A stretch of DNA of 61,270 bases, counting the filler, from Chiloscyllium plagiosum (lineage: Eukaryota): assembly GCF_004010195.1 (NCBI RefSeq). It is 3 parts of one record of this genome, joined end to end, with 100 filler letters (N's around TTAATTAATTAA, not from the genome) between each part and the next. Parts side by side here need not be neighbours in the genome. Positions count along the whole stretch, not along the records: positions 12,458 to 41,302 come from NC_057715.1; positions 41,403 to 61,270 come from NC_057715.1; 1 more part is not named here. One strand, 5' to 3'. Below are positions 39,560 through 48,554 of this stretch, piece after piece (position 1 is the first letter of the stretch; the number at the start of each line of letters is the position of its first letter). The notes beneath the pieces are model-generated. The model did no database searches. It worked only from the letters and a program-made list of their open reading frames with translations, and was not told where the DNA came from. Position numbers and translations under genes: made by a program.

Positions 39560-40875
39560 AACAGTCATCAGTCAGGAGGTGGACAATTTGCTGAATGACA
39601 CTGTCCTATCTCAATGTCACTGTGGCAGCATCCTAAGTGTTAAAAACATGGTGTACGTATCAACCAAATACCATTACCCAAACTTAAAGAGGGATAGTCA
39701 GTCAAGTCCCAGGGGGTAGCTGTCAGTCAGAGGGTTCCAATACAATCAGTCAAGTGCATATTCTGCTCTCAGTCCAGAACATGTTCATGAGCTTGAGCAC
39801 AGACGGTGACTTGAGACATTCAAAGTCAGGATTCTCTACCCACAGGGAGTGAGGAGCCAAATGTCAGGAATACTGTCATCCATTTTGGCTTTTTCTGTCC
39901 TGTTGTGAACTGTTTTGTCCTGGAGTATGACAAAGGAAAGGATTGAGTGAGATGAAAGTGGCTGGGTTAGCTGTTAGGGCAGTGCAGGAGAGGTGAATGG
40001 TCATAAGGTATCCTAAGTGAGTAGGAGGCACAAGAGACAAGGATTTGTACCCGATGGGAATTAGGTGGGTGAGAGAATGAAGAGAGGCGGTGCATGCAAC
40101 AGCAAGAGTGAGAGGGAGCAGAGACAAAATGTTGGCTGAACTTGGGGCAGCTAGATGTTTGTTTCTTCAGATGACAGTTGGCTGTCTGGTTTGATGGGCA
40201 ATTAGCTCTGATTAATTTTCAAACTACCCTTCCTTTTTCATCCCCAAGATTGTACACTCTCATTGGTTTGATGTTGTCAATGCAATAAAATTCAAATTCA
40301 ATTGATTTTTTGGTATCCTGAGCATATTCCAAATTAATAGATTAAATTCAAACCCGGTTGCCTTAATATCAAAACACACCTAAGCTGACTTTCATGTGTT
40401 ATCAATTCTCAGTGGTCTCTGCACCTGTCGTCCAGTCACAGACACATATGATGTCACAATATTTTTCAACTTTCACACACTTTTTCAACTTAATAACAAT
40501 AGCAAGGCTATTATTAAATCGGAAATGGTTCAGAAAAGATTTACCAGGATGTTGCCAGGAATGGAAGGTTTGAGTTATAAAGGTAGCCTGGACTGTTTGG
40601 GACCGCTTTCTCTGGACGGTAGGAGGTTGAGGGGTGACCTTATAGAGGTTCATAAAACCACTACAGGGGACAGATAAAGTGAATAGCAAAGGTTATTTCC
40701 CCAGAGTGGGGGATTTCAAAACTCGGCCGCATATTTTTAAGGTGAGATGAAAAAGATTTAAAAAGATCAAGGCCAACTTGTTTACACAGAGAATAGTTTG
40801 CATGTGGAATGAATTGTCAGAGGAAGTGGTATATGTAGATACAGTTACAACATTTAAAAGACATTTGGATAAGTA

Positions 40876-41049
40876 CAGAGGAACCTTGATTATCCAGCAT
40901 TCAATTATCCAAATGTCAGATTATCCGGCAAGATCACAACGTCCCGATGCTTGGCTAAACTATGTTATCTGGCATTTGATTATTCGGAATTCGATTAACT
41001 GAACGAAATACTGCCCACCCATGTCCTTTGGATCACCGAGGCTCCTCTG
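40876..41049. mobile_element. pogo/Tigger-like (Tc1/mariner superfamily) MITE, 174 bp
   Basis: TIRs CAGAGGAACCTTGATTATCCA and CAGAGGAGCCTCGGTGATCCA; TA duplicated within the CR1 sequence gataagTAcatgaatagg. Confidence 0.88.
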
Positions 41050-41110
41050 TACATGAATAGGAAAAGTTTGGGGGGATATGGGCTATGCATAGGCTACTGC
41101 GATCAACTTG

Positions 41111-41547
41111 AGAGAAGGTGAGGGCTGCAGATGCTGGAGATCAGAGCTGAAAATGTGTTGCTGGAAAAGCGCAGCAGGTCAGGCAGCATCCAAGGAACAG
41201 GAGAATCGATGTTTCGGGCATAAGCCCTTCTTCAGGAATGAGAAAAGTGTGTACAGCAGGCTAAGATAAAAGGTAGGGAGGAGGGATTTGGGGGAGGGGC
41301 TTNNNNNNNNNNNNNNNNNNNNNNNNNNNNNNNNNNNNNNNNNNNNTTAATTAATTAANNNNNNNNNNNNNNNNNNNNNNNNNNNNNNNNNNNNNNNNNN
41401 NNGTGGGACTATGAGGTTGGAGGCGGTGGATGGGAGATCTCCTGAGGTGATGAGGTTCTGGATGGTCTGGGAGATGATGGTTTGGTGGTGGGAGGTGGGG
41501 TCATGGTCAAGGGGGCAGTAGGAGGAGGTGTCCGCGAGCTGGCGTAT
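41111..41547 (-). mobile_element. Young Penelope-like element (family A) spanning an assembly gap
   Basis: pLTR with hammerhead-like motif at 41204-41239; ORF piece RQLADTSSYCPLDHDPT; TSD TGCGATCAACTTG at 41098-41110 and 41548-41560. Confidence 0.9.
41303..41402. other. Assembly gap: 44 N + TTAATTAATTAA + 44 N
   Basis: Same 100-nt artificial structure as 12358-12457. Confidence 0.97.
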
Positions 41548-42921
41548 TGCGATCAACTTGTTTTGGGAACATACTCGGTGTGGTCTAGTTGGATCAAAGG
41601 ATCTGTTTTCATGCTGTATGACTCTATGACTCGATAACTCTATCCACAATAAGCAACAAATATTTGATGTTTTTACTTTGTTAGACTTTTGTAACTGTCA
41701 TGCAGACATATACCATGACTGAAGTGTATAACATTGTTCTTGTTAAAATTTTAAGCCAGTGCCTCCCGCACACTCAACTATGAGTCTTGTCATATGAAAT
41801 GTAAATTGAATAGTTTATTTCTGAATCAGACCAAAAAAGAAATGGAAATCCACTGGTATTAAACTAAATTTGTGAACTCCTTTTGTTGCATCGGGCTGCT
41901 TGGGATCAAAGATTAAGAATTAGTTCAACTAAGGCAGGACAATCTCCTTGCGTTGCCCTCATTATAATGAAGGAAAACAGTTCCTCCTTGTAAAGGGAAT
42001 CATTTGCGAAGGTTTCACACATCTCTTTCAAATTATCAAAGTTCCCATTGTATAGATGCTGTATTTTTAGATTACTTCTTCTAATTTATTACCATTAATA
42101 CAGGCAAATGTTTGACTTTCTCAATAGAAAACTGGTAGGAATGAACCTTTAAATGGGCAGGTGTGTTTGCAACCCCTCCAGATAGACAGATTGATGTCTT
42201 TGATGAAATTATATTTGCCTGTTCAGAAATATGAAGGCTATGTTGTTGTTGCCAGATGCAATTTGTGCTTGAAAACCATTTCCTTTGCATCTTTTGACGA
42301 GCCAAGTGTGCTTGTGGTCTCTTGCAGTGTAATTGATGCACACTTGTCTCTTGCATTTAATTAAAATACATTTGTCACCTTGGGAAACAAACATGCCAGG
42401 ATTTCTTCAGGTCTAATGGGCAACTGAAATCTGCTTTCAAATGAGCAGATGTCCTCATTGCGCCTTTCCATTTTTATGATTTTTCATTTTTATGGCAACA
42501 GATGTGAATGTGACATTAAATGAGTACATACACAATATGTGCTGTATGGTTTTTGAAAGAAAAACTACATTTTTGTGTGCTTTGACTTTGTTCAAATCTT
42601 GGAGAAGGTGGGGAACGGGAAGCGGTAGGAACTTTTTTCAATGAAACGATCTTACTGAAATGTAAGAGATTGGATGTCATTTGCCCAGGATTGACAATCT
42701 ATCAAAGACGAATCTCAGTTCCAAAACACACGCTTCAAAGCAACATGTTCCTTTGATTTTATGAACAGAACATTGGACACATAGCCAGGATTCTACATAT
42801 TTTTCACAAAAAATTAATTTCAACCCTTGGCATATGTATTAATTAAATTGTATCATTGTCAACTTATTGCTGTAACCAAGAATTTAGAAAAATGTGTCAT
42901 TCATAAACTTAATTTACTCAC

Positions 42922-43023
42922 CAGATGTGAGGTTTAATATATCCAGGTATTTCTAGGGTCATGTCTTGACTACGTTTGTCTTGCATTGATGTCACAGTTA
43001 ATTTTCAGAATAATACAATGATT
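42922..43023 (-). other. Candidate non-coding exon (102 nt)
   Basis: CTTCATGCTTTTAG acceptor and CTG|GTGAGT donor; stops in all three frames. Confidence 0.2.
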
Positions 43024-44756
43024 CTAAAAGCATGAAGAGCTGAATTCAAGGTTATACGAAGCAAATGAACAACTTGCACTTCTCATGGGCTTCCCTACTG
43101 GAATTTCTGACCAGCCTGCTGATCAAGACAGGATACCATTCTCTACTGGAATCAGTATGAACAAGACAAGCAACTGCTCAACCAACTAAGTTGAACAATT
43201 GTTAATGTATAGCACAATGTCAGAATGACAAAGGTTTGGAAAACTGAATCCAAAATCAAATCATATATAGGAAGTGACATAAAGTATGGGAAAGAAAGAT
43301 TGGATTGAGTGAGGGAGAGGGATGAAAGAGGCTTTAAGAAAATGTTTTGAAAATTCACAATTTTATTTCTTCTCAAGGTGTGAATGTTTATTGTGTTAAA
43401 TCTGCTTGGGTAAGATGCTAGAAATTAAGTCCCACCATTCCTAAAGGAGTCACAAACATGTAACATTGTTAAGAATATATAAATTTTCCAATTTACCTCT
43501 CTTTAATTTTGAACATTGTTACTGAAACCACAGAACAGGTTTCTGTAATGAACTAAAATGATTATTTATTGTAAGTGAATAGATTCTAGCTACAGATAAA
43601 CAATTAGGAATCACTGACATATATCTCTGCCAGTTAAAACAATAATGGTCTTATAAATTATCTCCTACATACAGACATATAGCTGCCAATATGAAATAAA
43701 ATGGTGTGATAGATGGAGGGAAAGACTGGAAATGCAGTTCAATGGTCTCTGTCTACAGTGTTTATTCAGCTGGTTTTTTGATTGGGCAGGATCTGTTGTT
43801 CTTGGATTTCCTTCTCTAGATACTTTCACTTGCTTAAGAAGGTACAGAGTGACTGGATCACAAGTTCAGTCTTTGGATTACTGGTCAAGAACCATAGCTT
43901 ACAGCAACTGCGAAGGGGGAAAATAAAGTAACTTTCCTGAGGCTTAAGATGGGTTTTATTGCAGAGGAAATAGACAGCTCCTGCCCTGGCAGAGATCCGA
44001 TTCACATCCCCAAGCTGTTCAGCTTTCTGGAACCTAATCATATAGTTATTGGCAGTGTCATCAATAACTGGTAACTTGCCCAAACTAATCAGTTACTTGT
44101 TGCCATCCAAAATCTTCATTTGTACATAACCCTACTTCCAATTCATCTGTAACTAGGCATGCACTACTGCTTGACCTCGTAGCTGTGTAAATAAAAGTCA
44201 CAATGCTGTTAAGTTACTTCTTTTTAAGAAACACAGCAATCTTTCAGCAGTCCTTGGTTTCTGAAACAGTAATTTACCCCTTTCGGTGTACAATCAAAAG
44301 TACAGAAAAATAAAAGGACACAGTGTGAAATCTTACAAGTCTTTGAACATCATGGGCTATAGTGAAGTGAGTGATAAAAGTTGGAAAGATGTTCACTGAG
44401 GACTGTCTCAACATTAAGATCATCTTGCTGCATATTGCTTAATTTCTTCAAGTGACATAGCAAGATGGTCCTCGGCCAGGATTCCCAAATAATGAGAATT
44501 AATCACTAATTCTTATCAAATGCTTGTCAACAGCCAAACGTGCCATGAGCTGCACCCTTATCAGATATGCCACACAAACTAGCCAACTTGACATGGAAAT
44601 TGAAGTGGGATCTTGGCAGCTTCGACTTGCCACTTGCTCTAAAGGCCTTCCATGTTGACCAAACACTATTTGGAGCACCAGCTACACATACACATCCACC
44701 CCAACATTGGCACTCCACTCTCAATGAGGGTCTTTTATCATCCTGGCATTTTTAAT

Positions 44757-45877
44757 TGTTACAATACAATGGCTTTAAGAGGTGTACAGAACAACCTTGA
44801 TTATCCAAACAAGACAGGTGGGGAGTGTTTTGTTCGGATAACTGATTGTTCAGATAATGGATCAGGGTTTCTATGGTGGCAGCAATAGCAGGAGCAGGGT
44901 TCTCATGGTGGCGGTAATAGCAGGAACAGTGTTCCCATGGCAACAGCAAGAAGGGCTTATGCCTGAAACGTCGATTCTCCTGCTCCTCGGATGCTGCCCA
45001 GCCTGCTGTGTTTTTCCAGCACCACATTTTTCAACTCTGGTCTCCAGCATCTGCAGTCCTCACTTTCTCCTAGCAGCAATAGCAGGAACAGGGTCCTGTG
45101 ACGACCCTGTTCCTTTTCCTGTCACCAGCCCAGGCTGCCTGCTCTTGCTGTGCTTTTATTTAAATATAATAAAAAATTTTCGGGCCCTTGAGATCTTGTT
45201 CAGATAATCTGAAATTCGGATAATTGATGTTCGAATCACTGAGGTTGTTTTATATTTTTGTCCTTTTATTTTGAAGAGAGATTTTAAGCCACAGGTGACA
45301 ATCTGTCTATTTGAAGTCAATAATGTAAACATCTTCTGAGGCCTAGGGATTTGTTTTTTTTTAAAGTTAGAAAAATAGAAGCAGCATAAAGGGATGGAGT
45401 CAAGCTCCCACAGAACCCAGGGTTTTAGTTCAGCTTTCTGTAGTTGTTTGGACTTTGAATCTGGTTGTGGAAGCTACTACATCTCTGCTACAGCTAAAAG
45501 CTCAGGTTCTGTCTCTCTACCAGCATTTTTTCTTGGTGTTCTTTCTTTCTGGAGAAACATGACATATTTTACTGACTTTGCCTTTGCCAAGGGGGTGCTT
45601 ATGGGATGTTGCTACATTGGAACAGTTGCTGTTTAGCAGTTAAATCATCTATTATTCTGTTACATTTTTCAATAGATTTAAAGTTATTCCAATTCTTTTT
45701 TGTTATATTTTAACAGTTGTGTGAGAATAAAGTGTGTTTTGCTTAAAGCCAATTGGTCTAAAAAATTGAATTAGGTCTGGAACACAGCACCTTATATTTG
45801 CCTTAAAATAAGATAGAAGTAAGGGTGTAGGCTATCCCTCCGATATATTTGAAGGGGGTTTGGTCTGATTCGTAATA
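44757..45877 (+). mobile_element. Solo LTR related to the Gmr1-like LTRs, hosting a MITE
   Basis: TGTTAC...GTAATA termini; TSD TAAT at 44753-44756 and 45878-45881; 3' end resembles 19390-19448. Confidence 0.75.
44787..45252. mobile_element. pogo/Tigger-like MITE with internal repeats of about 30 bp and a nested PLE remnant (about 44949-45071)
   Basis: TA|CAGAACAACCTTGATTATCC ... GAATCACTGAGGTTGTTTTA|TA. Confidence 0.78.
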
Positions 45878-46941
45878 TAATGCACTGGCATAGTGCCTGC
45901 AAGGGCACACTCATCAAAGAGGGTACACTGGCAATGTGCAGTATCCTGGTTAGCCCAAACCAACAGAAGCAATGGCAAACCACTTTACTATCTTATAAGT
46001 ACACCTATGAACCAATAGTTGGAAGACCATGCTACCTAAAGAGACAGTCTGTGTTTCAGATGACATTATCCAGCTATACCTGTACATATTATAGCTATAT
46101 GCTCATGGAAGTATGATGATGCTGTGCTGACCATACTGCAAAATGGAAAGTAAGTGGTCGGCAAGCTAGGATGTCTCTTCTGTTACAATGAAAGGCTAAT
46201 TTATAACAACAATGAGTACACTTTAATTTCTAACAGAATCCATTTTCACAAACAGTAATCATTACAATTAGTTGACAGAATACAGGGACAACTGCTTTTG
46301 GTCCACTTGATCTTCTTGACATTTTGGCTTAAATTTCAATGAAGTTATTGAAATGAAGGAATGGAAGTTTAAAAGGCTTTTTGGAGAATCACCAGTTTGA
46401 ACATCACTTAATGCTTAAATAAGTTTTAGTTGCCTGTGACATTAGTACACATATCCAATATTGACCTGCTGATTGGGAGCCATCCATAGCCACTGAGTGC
46501 TTCACACCTCCTCCTCCTCCACTTTCACTTTTGAAAATTAATGTTATTCATCCAAGTTCAAACATCACATCATTTGTGATGTGTCCTGTGAAGTCAAGAT
46601 GCTTTCAAACTAGAATATGTTGAAAAGATCAATCCCGAAGTAAGAAAGAAACAAAATAAAATCAAAGCAATCTTTAGAGCTCACATGAAAGGAAAGCTGA
46701 ACCACAAAAGAACTGACTGAACACAAACAGTCAAGTTTCAGCTGCAGACTTAAAAAAAGCAATGTTGATAATAAATTTATCAATCAAAATGAGAAGTCAA
46801 GTGCTTCTAAAAACACCTTTCATTTGGACTTTTATGTGAATTAAGATTAATGTTGAAATAAAGATAAACTTACAGAACTTAAAAACACACTCACCAGCAA
46901 CAAGATTGACTAACATCTTAGAGAAAGGTAAATGTACTCAC

Positions 46942-46957
46942 CAGTTGTCATGGACAA
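46942..46957 (-). CDS. Candidate 16-nt micro-exon carrying the stop codon (T TGT CCA TGA CAACTG)
   Basis: TTTCTGTTTTTTCAG acceptor and CTG|GTGAGT donor only 16 nt apart; completes the phase-2 end of exon 51663-51795 as I-C-P-stop. Confidence 0.5.
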
Positions 46958-47583
46958 CTGAAAAAACAGAAATAATGTTGGAATATTTGATGCACGAAGC
47001 ATAAAAAAACTGCATCTACATCAAAACTGAGTAAACTGCATGTGAAAGTGTTGCTTTCACTATAAAAAAGGAGTTTTCACTTATTGAGACTTAAAACATA
47101 GGCCTTAAAATCCGATTCTAACAGTTCAAACCACTACCTCATTTATTTGTCTGAATAGTCTGAACTTCGGAAAGGCACGTTAATAGATCTTTCCACTTTT
47201 GGGCTTAACTAAATTCATACTGCATTTTTTTCTGCAGTGAACAAAGAGTTATTATGGATATTTTTGACTTTATAAGCATAGATATTGCATCTCATTCAGT
47301 GATCTCCCCTCACATGTTATTCCCCCATATTTCAACTTCCCATCTGCTTTATTGACATAAAGACTTACTTTTCAGATCCAGAATTTTTTTTTCACATTAT
47401 GACACAGTTGATCTTTCTGACCTCTTCCAGCTAGGTATCTCAGCATCTGCTGTGCTGATGTCAATCAATTGCATGTAAGTCTTTCTCTTCACTATACAAT
47501 TTGTGACTGGTCATTTATTTGTACAGCTGAAACTTTATTGCTGGAACAGCACAGCAGGTCAGGCAGCATCTAGGGAACAGAAG

Positions 47584-47619
47584 ATTCGACGTTTCGGGCA
47601 CATGCCCTTCTTCAGGAAT
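47584..47619 (-). ncRNA. Intact minimal hammerhead ribozyme motif (family A), left arm
   Basis: Exact reverse complement of 47690-47725. Confidence 0.8.
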
Positions 47620-47689
47620 GAGCAGAGAGTGTTCAGCAGGAGAAGATAAAAGGTAGGGAGGAGGGTCTCCTGCTGAACACTCTCTGCTC

Positions 47690-47725
47690 ATTCCTGAAGA
47701 AGGGCATGTGCCCGAAACGTCGAAT
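47690..47725 (+). ncRNA. Intact minimal hammerhead ribozyme motif (family A), right arm
   Basis: ATTC-CTGAAGA-A-GGGC(ATGT)GCCC-GAAA-CG-TC-GAAT; 4-bp stem I; predicted cut after 47721. Confidence 0.8.
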
Positions 47726-47939
47726 CTTCTGTTCCCTAGATGCTGCCTGACCTGCTGTGCTGTTCCAGCAATAAAGTTTCAGCTTTGATCTCCAGCGTCT
47801 GCAGACCTCACTTTCTCCTCCATTTATTTGTACAGTTCTGACTCCTTAGATTTTCTTCACTGATACCCCAACCCTTTTCCTCCCCCTTTGCAATCAAATA
47901 TATCTTCAGAATCTTTCCATTGTTTGTCAGCTCATCTAA

Positions 47940-48097
47940 CTTATTTTCTGATTTGTTTATCTACTAAATTACTTCTATGTTCCTGGAAGATAATTTTGGA
48001 AGACTTCCTCTTATTTTCTGATTTTTTTTAAATACTAAATTATTTAGCGTCCATTATCTTCTATGTTCCTACAAGACAGTTTTGGAAGACTTCCTCT
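47940..48097. repeat. Imperfect tandem duplication (unit about 70-85 nt)
   Basis: cttattttctgattt..tactaaatta..cttctatgttcct..ttttggaagacttcctct occurs twice. Confidence 0.8.
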
Positions 48098-48554
48098 ATT
48101 TGGAGCCAATACATGCAATGGCACTACACCTGCTTTCAAAGTGAAAATTGACATCCATAGACAGGCAGCTTGCATGAGCTTATCTCCACCGTACACCACA
48201 CCCCAGACTCTACTGTTGGATGAGAGTAAAATCATCAATTATATTAAATCGGGCTGTCCATTAACATTCTTGCATATATTCATAAAAGTTCAAAAGCAAT
48301 GAAGAATCCAGAAACTTAATTCTATGTTTGCATAATAGCTAGTAATATTTAAGAATTAATCTTGTACAGCTCAAACATCTGCCTCTTATTTATTTCTTTT
48401 CCAGTCCTGGTATTCCAATGTTGTAGATTTCCCAACAGCCATGGATTATATTTTTGGCTGTGACTTAATGATCGTAATCTGAGCATTATATCTAAAAATG
48501 AATTGTGTTTTGCTGTGTTGTAATTTTAAGTTGTCTGTCATCAAAGATCAGTCT

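Larger units (their letters stand above)
40523..41632 (+). mobile_element. CR1 3' fragment hosting a MITE and a PLE
   Basis: VQKRFTRMLPGMEGLSY..RRLRGDLIEV; tail ctgtatgactctatgact at about 41615-41632. Confidence 0.88.
47527..47820. mobile_element. Very young fold-back Penelope-like insertion (family A)
   Basis: Perfect 119-bp inverted arms 47525-47643 and 47666-47784, 22-nt spacer, 36-nt 3' extension; TSD CATTTATTTGTACAG at 47512-47526 and 47821-47835. Confidence 0.93.

Noticed and set aside
37030..44300. Further solo LTRs at about 37030-38040 and 43390-44290
   Set aside because: Composition is suggestive but I could not establish termini or TSDs
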